A stretch of 64,000 nt of DNA from Dehalococcoidia bacterium (GCA_965232835.1 OZ247426.1:725339-789338); one strand, 5' to 3'. Positions 1-9,274 are shown, numbered from the stretch's first letter. Numbers and translations: made by a program. The notes: generated from the letters alone by a model not told the origin.

Positions 1-194
1 AATATCTCCTCGTCGCAGATTCGCAGGGTGAGGAAGATATGCCCGCCGCGAATGATGGACTGGTAGGCGTTGTAGGTGCTGAGATGCAGCCCACGACGAA
101 CGATGATGCGAGCGAAAATGTCCCCGGGTGTGGCAATGCCCTGACCCGCCTCACCACCGATGCCCATTGCGAAATCGTACGTGCCCAATGCCAT
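1..194 (-). CDS. 2-oxoacid:ferredoxin oxidoreductase alpha-type subunit, N-terminal part (gene continues beyond window start)
   Basis: Reverse-strand ATG at 194..192 preceded by AGGAG. Translation MALGTYDFAMGIGGEAGQGIATPGDIFARIIVRRGLHLSTYNAYQSIIRGGHIFLTLRI has the GGxxGQG and IRGG motifs of KorA/Por-gamma-like subunits. Absent from the ORF track because it has no stop in the window. Confidence 0.6.
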   Translation of the reverse strand, partial: MALGTYDFAMGIGGEAGQGIATPGDIFARIIVRRGLHLSTYNAYQSIIRGGHIFLTLRICDEEI

Positions 195-392
195 CTATCC
201 GCTCCTGCATTCACGTTCCGCCAATAACAGTAATCAACGGATCATGGGTTTCATTCGCTATGAATCGGGTTACGCGCCAAGTATACCGCCGCTATCCGCC
301 CCGCACAAACAATTTTTCGAATTTCGAAAAAACACATGCGGAAATCTGCGAATCACACCAGCAGGTGGCACGACTGGTTTCCGGTCTGCACT

Positions 393-1778
393 CTACATGT
401 GCACCGCGCGCCCCTGCGCGGAAAGCGCCGCCTCCTTGAGCATCTCGGAAAGCGACGGGTGGGCGTGTACCGTCCAGCCCAGCTCCAGGGTGGTACCCTC
501 AAGCATGCGGGTCATGGATAGTTCGCCCAGCAGCTCGGTGACCTCGGGGCCAATCATGTGCCCGCCCAGAAGCTCACCGTACCGGGAGTCGACCACCAGC
601 TTCACCATGCCCTCGGTCTCTCCCATAGCCAGCGCCTTTCCGTTGGCAAGTGCGTTGAATATGCCCACGTTCACTTCGTAGCCTTGCTCCCTGGCTTGGG
701 CTTCAGTGAGGCCAAAGCTGGCGATCTGGGGGTTGCAGTAGGTGGTCCGGGGCATGTGAACGTAGTCCAGGGGCTGGGGTTCCATACCCATAATGTGCTC
801 GACGGCTGTTACCGCCTGGGCCGACGCCACGTGAGCCAGCGGCATCTTGCCAGTGACGTCGCCTATGGCGTAGACACCCGGCACGTTGGTCGCGCAGTAC
901 TCGTCAACCACGATTCCTGAGCGGTCGACTGCCACGCCCGCAGAGTCCAGGCTCAACTCCTCGACGTTTGGCTGCACGCCCACGGCCACCAGCACCATAC
1001 CTGTGTCGATGGATTGGGTGGCTCCGCCCTGGTCGATCGAGACGGTCACGCCGTCCGAGCGGGTCTGAACGCCCGTCACTGCCGCTCCGGTCATCACGTT
1101 GACGCCGTATCCCTTGAACGACCGCTCCAGCTGGGCGCTGATGTCCTCATCCTCGTTGGGGACCAGGCGCGGAAGCAGCTCGACGATGGTTACTTCCACG
1201 CCGTACATGGCGTAGACGTAGGCGAACTCCACGCCGATGGCGCCACCCCCGACGATGATCATGGACTGTGGGAGATCCGTGAGGACGATAGACTCGCGGC
1301 TGGTTATGATCCGGTTTCCATCTACCGGCAGGGATGGAACGGACCGGGGCCGGGCACCGGTGGCTATGACGATGTTCTTCGCCTCGACTACCGTGCCCTC
1401 CGGGTCTATGGCCACCCGGTTGGGCCCAGCCAGCCGACCGGTCCCGGTGATGTGGTCGACGTTGTTCTTCCGCAGGAGAAAGCGAACGCCCCGGGTGTTG
1501 CGATCAACGACCCTGCGGCTACGGGACATGGCCACTGAGTAGTCGGCGTGAAAGCCGTCGAATTTCAGGCCGAACTCCTCGGAGCGCCGCACGTAGGATA
1601 CGATCTCCGCGTTTTTCAGCAGGGCCTTGGTCGGTATGCACCCCCAGTTGAGGCAGGTCCCGCCCAGTGCCTCCCGTTCCACCACCGCCGCCTTCATGCC
1701 CAGCTGGCCGGCGCGAATCGCTGCAACATACCCGCCCGGGCCGGATCCGATTACAACCAGGTCATAGCTTGATTCCAT
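393..1778 (-). CDS. lpdA: dihydrolipoyl dehydrogenase (E3)
   Basis: ORF 393..1826. FAD motif VVIGSGPGGYVAA, redox disulfide GGTCLNWGCIPTK, C-terminal HAHPSLSE. Likely start is the ATG at 1778 (MESSYDLVVIG) with GAGGA upstream. Confidence 0.9.
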   Translation of the reverse strand: MESSYDLVVIGSGPGGYVAAIRAGQLGMKAAVVEREALGGTCLNWGCIPTKALLKNAEIVSYVRRSEEFGLKFDGFHADYSVAMSRSRRVVDRNTRGVRFLLRKNNVDHITGTGRLAGPNRVAIDPEGTVVEAKNIVIATGARPRSVPSLPVDGNRIITSRESIVLTDLPQSMIIVGGGAIGVEFAYVYAMYGVEVTIVELLPRLVPNEDEDISAQLERSFKGYGVNVMTGAAVTGVQTRSDGVTVSIDQGGATQSIDTGMVLVAVGVQPNVEELSLDSAGVAVDRSGIVVDEYCATNVPGVYAIGDVTGKMPLAHVASAQAVTAVEHIMGMEPQPLDYVHMPRTTYCNPQIASFGLTEAQAREQGYEVNVGIFNALANGKALAMGETEGMVKLVVDSRYGELLGGHMIGPEVTELLGELSMTRMLEGTTLELGWTVHAHPSLSEMLKEAALSAQGRAVHM

Positions 1779-1938
1779 CCCATCCTCGGAAAAACCCATC
1801 CGCTTCTGCGCGCACCAAATTGCCAATACAGCGACGAATTATAGCGGTGTGCCAGCGGCAGGCACAATATAAAGGAAGGTAGTTTATGTCGTGTCCGCTT
1901 TGTCCTGGCCAAGTTACCAAGGTGTTTTCAAGGTCACC

Positions 1939-2036
1939 GTCTGAATCAGGCTGAATCAGGATTATCTGGATTTGGGAATTTTCAGGATGCCGCTCAATCC
2001 TGCTAATCCTTTAATCCTGTGAATCCTGATTCAGAC
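1939..2036. repeat. MITE-like palindromic repeat, copy A (TIR GTCTGAATCAGGAT / ATCCTGATTCAGAC)
   Basis: Terminal inverted repeats with internal AATCCTG/CAGGATT heptamers. The left arm carries a 10-bp duplication (ctgaatcagg twice). Related copies at 14292..14379 and about 17826..17905. Confidence 0.6.
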
Positions 2037-2154
2037 AAAATTGAAGTCGCAGGACTTTGAAATGGCCCAGTCAACAGACTTGGGAATTTGTTTGTTACCG
2101 CCCTTTCTGATAGTATGAATGGCGCTTCAAATAATCTTCTTTGCGAGAATTGAT

Positions 2155-2367
2155 ATGCGACTTGGACCGCTGGGACTCTGGGAAATCCTGGCAATCCTCG
2201 TGGTCATCCTGCTCATTTTCGGAGCCCGAAGGCTCCCGGAGATCGGTTCATCCATGGGCAAGGGAATTCGCACATTCAAGAGCGCATTGATGGGTGAGGA
2301 CGAGAAGCAGCAGCCTCAGGACCCGCCGCCGGCTGCCAAGAGCGGCGATGAGCGCACTCCTTACTGA
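2155..2367 (+). CDS. tatA: twin-arginine translocase TatA/E-family protein
   Basis: MRLGPLGLWEILAILVVILLIFGARRLPEIGSSMGKGIRTFK: single TM helix followed by the FG..+LPE and FK motifs. The ORF track starts at 2119; the ATG at 2155 fits the family N-terminus. Confidence 0.85.
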   Translation: MRLGPLGLWEILAILVVILLIFGARRLPEIGSSMGKGIRTFKSALMGEDEKQQPQDPPPAAKSGDERTPY

Positions 2368-2391
2368 GCAATTGGGAAACTGGACATCAAA

Positions 2392-2422
2392 AGGACCGGT
2401 CGATAACCGGTCCTTTTTCTTT
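2392..2422. terminator. bidirectional intrinsic terminator between convergent tatA and tatC
   Basis: Perfect 8-bp stem AGGACCGG / CCGGTCCT with a 7-nt loop, then TTTTTCTTT. An A-run lies on the other side. Confidence 0.7.
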
Positions 2423-2438
2423 GAACGGCGCTCTTCGA

Positions 2439-3191
2439 CTACCTCTGCACGATGGCCGTCTCGGTCTCCCGCCGGCTCCGTCCTGCCAGCCTGGCCAGCA
2501 GCACCCCGATCTCGTACAGCACCAGTAGCGGGCCCGCCACCAGGGCCTGGTTCACCGGGTCGAAGGTGGGCGTGATGATGGCCGCAAGAATGAACGCTAT
2601 TACCACCCAGTACCTACGAAACCGCGAGAGCCCCTGCGCGGACACGATTCCCAGCGAGGCCAGCATGTACATGATCAGCGGTGTCTCGAAGGCAACTCCC
2701 ATCCAGAACAGCAGTCTCACCATCAGGTTCACGAAGTTGCTGATGCGAATCAGCGGCGTTGCCACATCGCTGAATCCCAGCAGGAACTTCAGCGCAGGTG
2801 GAGTCAGCACATAGTAGGCAAAGGCAACACCAGCGGCGAATGCCAGCAGGGCGGCTGGCATGAAAAGGTACAGGTAGCGCCGCTCTTTGCCCGTCAGGCC
2901 GGGCGCCACGAACATGACCACCTGGTGCAGGATCACGGGCAGGGCCAGGACAAACCCCGCGACGAATGACACCTTCACCGCGGTGGTCAAAAGCTCGGTG
3001 ACCTCAATGAATACCAGTTCCAGTCCCGACCCGGTATCGAGGTCGTAGGCAGGGCGGGAGAGGAACTCTATGATCTGACGGTAGAAGGCAAACGAGACCA
3101 CGCTGCCGGCCAGAATCGCCACCACACACACCAGTACCCGCCGGCGCAGTTCTCGCAGGTGGTCCGTGATGGAGAGTTCCCGGGACATCAC
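2439..3191 (-). CDS. tatC: twin-arginine translocase subunit TatC
   Basis: 250 aa, six predicted TM segments. N-terminal SITDHLRELRRRV and overall TatC-like sequence. 4-nt overlap with the upstream tatB-like gene. Confidence 0.9.
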   Translation of the reverse strand: MMSRELSITDHLRELRRRVLVCVVAILAGSVVSFAFYRQIIEFLSRPAYDLDTGSGLELVFIEVTELLTTAVKVSFVAGFVLALPVILHQVVMFVAPGLTGKERRYLYLFMPAALLAFAAGVAFAYYVLTPPALKFLLGFSDVATPLIRISNFVNLMVRLLFWMGVAFETPLIMYMLASLGIVSAQGLSRFRRYWVVIAFILAAIITPTFDPVNQALVAGPLLVLYEIGVLLARLAGRSRRETETAIVQR

Positions 3192-3478
3192 GACCTGTCG
3201 GGAGGAGTTTCGTCTTTGGGGGATTGCTTAGACGGGGCGGGGTCGTCATCCGGCATTTCCGGGCGCGATGGTACTCCCGGCGGGGGCTGCTGGGAGTGGG
3301 TTCGCTGCCGTTCCTCAACCGAAATGGCATCGGTGACATCTGAGAAACCGCGCTTCAAGTCTCCCAGCACCTTCCCGGTCCGGCGCGCCATTTCTATCGA
3401 ACGCCCCGGCCCCACCACCAGGAACGCCACCAGTAGGATGACCACCAGCTCCATGGAACCGATACCCATGAAATTCAT
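3188..3478 (-). CDS. tatB: TatB-like (TatA/B family) translocase component
   Basis: MELVVILLVAFLVVGPGRSIEMARRTGKVLGDLKR: TM helix plus the GP-type hinge typical of TatB. Acidic/Pro-rich tail. Overlaps neighbouring genes by 4 nt on both sides. Confidence 0.7.
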   Translation of the reverse strand: MNFMGIGSMELVVILLVAFLVVGPGRSIEMARRTGKVLGDLKRGFSDVTDAISVEERQRTHSQQPPPGVPSRPEMPDDDPAPSKQSPKDETPPDRS

Positions 3479-5430
3479 GGAGCCTCCCTCCGTTCGGGTG
3501 CGGTACCATCTGATGGCAGCGCGGCCGCTTGGGTTGGGCAGTCAGGCCCACATCGGGCGGAGTCCGGCAACTGCCAGCCCTCTGGCCATCGATAGCCCAG
3601 CTCATCCAGGACTTGCAGAGCCAAGCACGTGGGCAGGCCGATTATGTTGTGGTAGCAGCCCTGCCAGGCCGACGCGGGTCGCAGTTCCCTGTCCTGCACC
3701 GCGTAGGCCCCGGCCTTGTCGTGAGGCACACCGGAGGCGATGCTGGTCTCGATTTCCTCGTCCGAGAAATCCCGCAGGGTGATCTCCGAGGTCATGCTGA
3801 CCGTCTTAGCCCGTCCGTTGGCGGCGTTGACCACGGTGAGTCCGGTACTGACGTGATGAGTCGTCCCCCTCAGCCTCCGCAGCATGGCGCGGGCCTCGTC
3901 GTCATCAACCGGCTTACCCAGCGACTCACCCAGGTGAACCACCGTGCTGTCCCCGCCGATAATGAAACCAGTGTCCATCGTGTCGGCCACCTTCAGGGCT
4001 TTGTCTCGCGAGAGTCGCTCCACCATCTCCTGCGGTGTTTCGCCTGGTAGCGGTTCCTCGGGCACGTCGGCCGGCTGCACCTCGAAAGGCAGTCCCACCG
4101 TCTCCAGCAGCTCGCGCCTCCGTGGCGACGCCGACGCCAGGACGAGTTGACCGGTCGCAACGGTGTCGCCCCAGCGAAGCAGTGCCACGCACTCGACGTG
4201 GTGAGTCTGCGGGAACATGTCGATGGGTACCACTCTGTCCAGCATGTAGCCGCCAGCCGTCAGGACCTTGAGGTCGCGGGCCAGCGTCTCCGCGTCGCAG
4301 GAAACGTAGGCCACCCTCGGTGGAGCCAGCTCCAGCAGACTGGTCAGCGCCTGCGGTTGGCACCCGGAACGTGGGGGATCCAGAACGACGGCGTCAGGGC
4401 GTAAGGGCAAGTCCGAGAGCACGTTCTCGGTTCGACCCAGCAGGAATTCCACGTTGGGGAGCCCCGCCGCGTTTTCCCGCGCGTCGGCCACGGCGGCGGA
4501 TGACTCCTCAATCGCCAGCACTTTCTTCACGTGTGGCGAGAGGAGTACGGCGAAAGTTCCGACACCGGCGTAGGCATCCACCAGCACATCCTCGGGCGAA
4601 AGCGCCAGCCATTCCCGCACCACGTCGGCGGCTCTCGCGGCCTGCTCGACGTTCACCTGGAAGAATGACGGCGACGACACGAAAAAGCGTTTCTCACCGA
4701 TGGTTTCTACGTAGCGTTTCTGCCCCGTAACCACTTCAATGCCGGGGCCGAACATCCGGGGTTGCACCAGGTAACTGTCAGTATCCTCCGCAGTTTCGCC
4801 GCCTGAGCGAATGGAAAGCTGCGTTGTCTCTCTGCAGCGGTCCTGCAGCTCTTCCAGCAGGAGGTTGACGCTGCGCCTCATCAGCATGCACTCGTCGATC
4901 CTGATGAACTTCCGGGTCTCCCGGTTGACGAAGCCCAGCTCGCCCTGCTTGCTCACGGTAAAACGAGCGTGATTGCGGTAACCGTAGCGATTGGGAGAGG
5001 GCAGCGTTTCCGTCACCGGTGCTTCCTGCCCATCGAGAAACAGGCCGCCGACCCGGGAGAGGGCGTCAACAACTTTCTCACGTTTCACCGCCAGCTGCGC
5101 ATCGTAATCGAGATGCTGCCACTGGCAGCCGGTGCACACTCCGAAGTACTGGCAGGGCGGGTCGATGCGGTCCGGTGACGGCTCAAGGACCTCCACGACG
5201 GTGGCGGACGCGTATTTGCGGTGCACCCGCACCACTTCCGCTGTAACCCGCTCGCCGGGGATGCCGCCCAGCACAAACACCGGCTCGTCGTTGTGCCGGA
5301 CCATGGCCTCGCCCAGCCGGCCCCATGACTCCAGAGTGACGTCGATGCGGTCGCCAACGCGCAGCCGGGGAGTATCGTCCACGGCGGCAGGCGTACCGCG
5401 CGCGGCAGGTTGTTCTGTGGACTCAATCAC
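3475..5430 (-). CDS. fusion protein: TRAM/[4Fe-4S] RNA (uracil-5)-methyltransferase (RlmD/RumA/TrmA family) + Maf nucleotide pyrophosphatase
   Basis: One 651-aa ORF. Residues 1-420 carry the TRAM region, Cys cluster CQYFGVCTGCQWQH, FFQVN, LDPPRSGC and YVSCDAETL. Residues about 428-613 carry LVLASASPRRRELL, GKPVDDDEA, DKAGAYAVQD and IIGLP (Maf). Confidence 0.85.
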   Translation of the reverse strand: MIESTEQPAARGTPAAVDDTPRLRVGDRIDVTLESWGRLGEAMVRHNDEPVFVLGGIPGERVTAEVVRVHRKYASATVVEVLEPSPDRIDPPCQYFGVCTGCQWQHLDYDAQLAVKREKVVDALSRVGGLFLDGQEAPVTETLPSPNRYGYRNHARFTVSKQGELGFVNRETRKFIRIDECMLMRRSVNLLLEELQDRCRETTQLSIRSGGETAEDTDSYLVQPRMFGPGIEVVTGQKRYVETIGEKRFFVSSPSFFQVNVEQAARAADVVREWLALSPEDVLVDAYAGVGTFAVLLSPHVKKVLAIEESSAAVADARENAAGLPNVEFLLGRTENVLSDLPLRPDAVVLDPPRSGCQPQALTSLLELAPPRVAYVSCDAETLARDLKVLTAGGYMLDRVVPIDMFPQTHHVECVALLRWGDTVATGQLVLASASPRRRELLETVGLPFEVQPADVPEEPLPGETPQEMVERLSRDKALKVADTMDTGFIIGGDSTVVHLGESLGKPVDDDEARAMLRRLRGTTHHVSTGLTVVNAANGRAKTVSMTSEITLRDFSDEEIETSIASGVPHDKAGAYAVQDRELRPASAWQGCYHNIIGLPTCLALQVLDELGYRWPEGWQLPDSARCGPDCPTQAAALPSDGTAPERREAP

Positions 5431-5499
5431 GATCTAACACTATACAGACATATCTGGGACTAATCCAACGACGTTCCTGCAACAGAGGGGGCTTTCGAA

Positions 5500-5540
5500 T
5501 CACCCTCCCCCTGAGGGGGAGGGCCGGGTTGGGGGTGAAA
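5500..5540 (-). repeat. GC-rich REP-like hairpin repeat (family 1)
   Basis: tcaccctccccctgagggggagggccgggttgggggtga. Same architecture as copies at 18914, 22507, 42441, 46905, 46999, 48810 and 52882. Confidence 0.7.
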
Positions 5541-5578
5541 TCCTGCGCATCAGCGGCTTTGCAATCAACGAGAGAACT

Positions 5579-5627
5579 CCCTCACTCTAACCCTCTCGCT
5601 CTGCAACCCTCTCGCTCTGCGAGAGGG
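5579..5627 (+). repeat. REP-like variant with 16-bp tandem duplication
   Basis: aaccctctcgctctgc occurs twice in tandem (5589..5604, 5605..5620), ending in the hairpin ccctctcgc-tct-gcgagaggg. Confidence 0.6.
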
Positions 5628-5788
5628 CACAACTAAAGAGCCCTGCTCCACTGACAGCATCCGGTTGACCAGCATCAGCGGCCCATTTAAACTTTAAGAG
5701 AACCTTTTTTCGCTGCGCGCGAGTTGCAGTCGCCGACGGAAGGCCCGCGCGAGTTTACGACAGCGGAAGACCTTTCCGGAGGATGAGA

Positions 5789-6118
5789 ATGGCAGAACCC
5801 ATTGAGGTCACCGAACAGAATTGGGACTCCGAGGTTCTCAAGTCAGACACTGTTGTAATGGTCGATTTCTGGGCCGAGTGGTGTGGCCCGTGCAAGATGA
5901 TTGCTCCTTCCGTCCATGACATGGCCGTGGAATACGACGGCAAGCTCACCGTAGGTAAGCTGGACGTCGACAGCAGCCCCAGTGTCGCCATGCAGTACGG
6001 AGTGCGCAGCATTCCCGCCCTGATTTTCTTCAAGGACGGCCAGCCCGTCGACCAGATCGTAGGCGCCGTGCCCAAGGGCGCGCTGAAGAAGAAGATCGAC
6101 GCCGTCCTGGGCAGCTAA
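5789..6118 (+). CDS. trxA: thioredoxin
   Basis: WAEWCGPCKMIAP active site. About 109 aa. GGAGG lies 6 nt upstream of the ATG at 5789. Confidence 0.92.
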   Translation: MAEPIEVTEQNWDSEVLKSDTVVMVDFWAEWCGPCKMIAPSVHDMAVEYDGKLTVGKLDVDSSPSVAMQYGVRSIPALIFFKDGQPVDQIVGAVPKGALKKKIDAVLGS

Positions 6119-6154
6119 CCACCGCCGCCTCCTCGATTGAGGCGATATAAGAAG

Positions 6155-6190
6155 AGGCGCACCCCACGAAAACGGGTGCGCCTTTCCTTT
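6155..6190. terminator. intrinsic terminator after trxA (convergent with amidohydrolase gene)
   Basis: 10-bp stem AGGCGCACCC / GGGTGCGCCT with a 9-nt loop, followed by TTTCCTTT. Confidence 0.7.
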
Positions 6191-6262
6191 GGGTCTATAA
6201 CCCTCGGCTCCGAGTCGCCACAGAACCATCGTATGCTATGGTCAGGACCTATCCACGGATCA

Positions 6263-7412
6263 CTATGCCTCGTAGACTGTCCTGCCGCCGACGATGGTCC
6301 GCTGGACCTGGATGTCCTTGATGCCGAACGGGTCGATCTGGGTGGGGTCTTCGCCCAGCACCACCATGTCGGCCATCTTCCCCACCTCCAGGGACCCCTT
6401 CCGGTCCTCGTCGAAGGACGCGTAGGCGCTGTGCATGGTGTAGATGCGCAGGGCCTCCTCTACTGACACCTTCTGGTTTGGCCCCCATACGTTGCCCCGG
6501 CTATCGGTGCGAGTGACGCAGCTCTGGATGCCCAGCAGCGGCTGGAACGGGCCGGGCGGGTAGTCCGTGGCGCCGGTGCCCACCACGCCGTAGTCCAGGA
6601 ATGAGCGCTGGGCGAACATCCACTGCAGGCGCTCTTCACCGTAGAAGGGCATCTTTTCGCCGTGGTGGTAGACGTAGGTGCAGAATGGCGTTGCAATGGT
6701 GCCAAGATTGTGCATCTTGGTGAGAATGTCCGGGTTGACCAGCGTGCAGTGCTCCACACGGTGTCGCGGATTGGGGCGAGGATCAGCCGCCTGAGCCTTC
6801 TCGTAGGCGTTCAGCACCATCTCGATGGCCAGGTCGCCGTTGGCGTGGATGCAGACCTGGAACCCGGCCCGGTGCATCTCCATCACGTTCTCTTCGATCT
6901 CCTCGGCGCTCATGGCCAGGATGCCGTGGTCGCAGTCGCTGCCTACATACGGCTCCGACAGGTAGGCCGTGCGGGCGGCGATGGCGCCGTCGGCCACCAT
7001 CTTGATGCCGCCGAGGCGCAGCATGTCGTCGCCGAACCCGGTCTTAAGTCCCGCCTCCTGCAGAGACCGGAAGTGGGGGTGGTACATAAGAGCGTACACC
7101 CGCATGGACAGGTCGCCGGCGTCCCTACCTTCCTGGTAGGTGACAAACTCGTCGCGCACCACCCGGGCATCGTGGACGCTCGTGAGTCCGACCTCGGTCA
7201 GCATTCGGCAGATGGTGCGCAGTCCCTCGCGCCGGATCTCCGGCGTGTCCGAAGGAATGAGCCCAAACCGCACCGGCTCGATGGCCCGCTCATAGATCAC
7301 CCCGTTCAGATCACCGGTGTCAGGGTCTCGTTCCAGCCGACCGCCGAAGGGATCGGGAGTGTCCCGATCGAACCCCGCGAGCTCCAGGGCCATGCTGTTC
7401 AGGTAGTAGATG
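6263..7412 (-). pseudogene. YtcJ-like amidohydrolase (Amidohydro_3), C-terminal fragment separated from its N-terminus by an IS insertion
   Basis: ORF 6263..7393 (VCIHANGDLAIE, HRVEHCTLV, KMADMVVL) lacks the metal-binding N-terminus. The frame stays open upstream through IYYLNS to the insertion junction. Confidence 0.85.
7405..7412. repeat. 8-bp target-site duplication AGTAGATG (left copy)
   Basis: Identical octamer at 11059..11066, each abutting a terminal inverted repeat. Confidence 0.85.
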
Positions 7413-7435
7413 GGTTCTGTTGCATTTGCTGGGTA

Positions 7436-7597
7436 TTAGTCATTTTTGCAGGTGTGGCTATGACGCTGCCCTTCGCAAATGTCCGTCTCACCGCATTTGA
7501 TGCAGGTATAGCTTGGGCATTTGAAGGATAAGCCGCGCTCCACGCGATGCGTATGGTAATGTCCTTGGCCTTGAGTAGTGGTCTGTCTGGCTATCAT
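7436..7597 (-). CDS. possible 53-aa Cys/His-rich (zinc-ribbon-like) mini-protein
   Basis: ATG directly follows the transposase TAG in the same frame (GGA GGA TAG ATG). Peptide MIARQTTTQGQGHYHTHRVERGLSFKCPSYTCIKCGETDICEGQRHSHTCKND. Too short for the ORF track. No homology support. Confidence 0.25.
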   Translation of the reverse strand: MIARQTTTQGQGHYHTHRVERGLSFKCPSYTCIKCGETDICEGQRHSHTCKND

Positions 7598-8986
7598 CTA
7601 TCCTCCGAGGTCTTCTCCATAGTCGTCAGTGATACTCGTGATGCTGATAAGCGCTGGATCAAGCACTAGCGCTTCCCTGCGGTCCTCAAGCACAATAACC
7701 TGAGGCTGAAATAGCATGGCCTCACGCACGGAATCCTCGTCTGTATACGGGACATAGGCGACACGCTCCGCCCGCACTTCAGTTTCGTACAGCTGCCCTT
7801 GCTCACTGTCCCCCAACGCTGCTCCCCATCGAGGCGTCATGTACTGCTCGGCTATTCTCGGCTCGGTAGCCAGCCAAACAGCGTCGATTTCAGTAAGCGC
7901 CTTCACTGCCTCACCAGGTGCGTTGTATTGAGCGCTTTTGGCCGTGGGCATCGGGATAGCACGAGTGAGGCGGAAGCTCTCTATCGTCTGTCCTATGGGT
8001 TGCACCGTGCCGTGGAATAGCTCCAGTCGGTCAGCAGGTTCAATTTCTATTTCATATTGCGGCTCTCTATCCGGGACAGCTACCTGCACGCTGGGCTGAG
8101 ATTCTGGGTGGGGCTCAGAAGTTAGTTGCATGCTGGGCGCGATGGATTCGGTTGCCGGTTCTTTCGACCCCGACATTGCCGCGACATCCCTCCAACTCGC
8201 AAACGGAATCTCCGCCCCCGCTCTTTCGGCGGGCCGTTTGCCTTTAAGCGATTGATGCGGCCGGAAGTAATTGTAGTTCAGCACCAGCCCGTCAAGGTAC
8301 GTCTGGCCACTGTCCCGCTTCTTCAGCCCGCGCAACGTCTTGTCCCTGTCCCGTAGTGTCCCTTGTAGCCGCTCGCTCAGGTTGTTGTTGATTTCCGCCC
8401 TGATTCCCTGACTGACAACGTGCTTGACCGGCACAGTCGGAAACGCAGTCCTGATCCCCTCCTGGTACGACCGTAGCCCGTCCGTCTTTATCACGGCGGG
8501 CGGGTTCGCCGACTTTTCGCGGGCCATCGCCATAGCCGTTGCCGCTGCCCTGGTGGTTCGCTCCGGCGACAGGTAGGCCGATAGGACAAACCGCGTCTTG
8601 GAGTCCATCACGTTGAACACCCAGTATTGCTTGCCGCCCACCTTTACCGCGAGCTCGTCGGCCACCCATTCAGAGCCGGTATCCACCTTGATTCCGTCCA
8701 CAACCTCTTTGGCCCGCGCCGTATTGGCTTTCACCCAGCCGTAGACCGTGGAGGCGTCGGTTTCGCGGTCAAAGTAGTCTCCGACGTTCTCCGCAGTCCG
8801 CCGATAGGACAGCCCGTCATAGTACATGTCCACCGCCGCGCCTATCTGCTGCGGCGTAGCGTGAGGCTTGCGCTTGGGCGTGTCCACGGGCACCGTGTGG
8901 CCCTCCGGCGTTGGCCCGGGGCGTCGGCACGTCTCGCAACGCTGGCCTGTCTTGCGCTTGCAGCTTGACCCGCAGTTGTGGCTCAT
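7598..8986 (-). CDS. IS6-family DDE transposase with N-terminal Cys cluster and about 190-aa C-terminal extension
   Basis: WVADELAVKV (D), VIKTDGLRSY (D) and NNNLSERLQGTLRDR (E) in IS6/IS240 spacing. N-terminal CGSSC..CETC. Residues 271-462 lie beyond the usual transposase end. Confidence 0.85.
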   Translation of the reverse strand: MSHNCGSSCKRKTGQRCETCRRPGPTPEGHTVPVDTPKRKPHATPQQIGAAVDMYYDGLSYRRTAENVGDYFDRETDASTVYGWVKANTARAKEVVDGIKVDTGSEWVADELAVKVGGKQYWVFNVMDSKTRFVLSAYLSPERTTRAAATAMAMAREKSANPPAVIKTDGLRSYQEGIRTAFPTVPVKHVVSQGIRAEINNNLSERLQGTLRDRDKTLRGLKKRDSGQTYLDGLVLNYNYFRPHQSLKGKRPAERAGAEIPFASWRDVAAMSGSKEPATESIAPSMQLTSEPHPESQPSVQVAVPDREPQYEIEIEPADRLELFHGTVQPIGQTIESFRLTRAIPMPTAKSAQYNAPGEAVKALTEIDAVWLATEPRIAEQYMTPRWGAALGDSEQGQLYETEVRAERVAYVPYTDEDSVREAMLFQPQVIVLEDRREALVLDPALISITSITDDYGEDLGG

Positions 8987-9091
8987 TCCCGCTCCTGTGG
9001 TATTATTCTAAAATGTTCGGGGTCGAATCTACGGAATTCATCCGCTTATGTCTGGCCTACGCATTGGGAGTAGGTATGACGATGCTTGGCT

Positions 9092-9274
9092 TTATTGTCC
9101 AAAAAGCGAGAGCAGGAAAAGGGACACTCCGAATACTACACCGCCTGCGGCTGCAACGCTGAAAGCCCAAGCTGCTTCACCTTTGGATGCAAAGGCAGCA
9201 CCGCCGAACAACGCCATTATCGCACCAGATAATCCGGCTACCGCCTGAATCAGCCCTTCCAAGATTCCCGACAT
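9092..9274 (-). CDS. 60-aa glycine-zipper membrane protein (unknown function), IS cargo
   Basis: MSGILEGLIQAVAGLSGAIMALFGGAAF...GGVVFGVSLFLLSLFGQ: two hydrophobic Gly/Ala-rich helices. GGAGGGAG Shine-Dalgarno just upstream. Confidence 0.45.
   Translation of the reverse strand: MSGILEGLIQAVAGLSGAIMALFGGAAFASKGEAAWAFSVAAAGGVVFGVSLFLLSLFGQ

Noticed and set aside
2003-2194. 63-aa ORF on the - strand
   Set aside because: It lies across MITE-like repeat copy A and the tatA 5' region. It is a translation of repeat sequence.
9140-9175. Possible internal IS6 inverted repeat (ctgcaacgctgaaagcc) that would delimit a shorter canonical IS
   Set aside because: It resembles the true IR (gtcaacagaacc) only loosely, lies inside the small membrane-protein ORF, and is not followed by a duplicated octamer.
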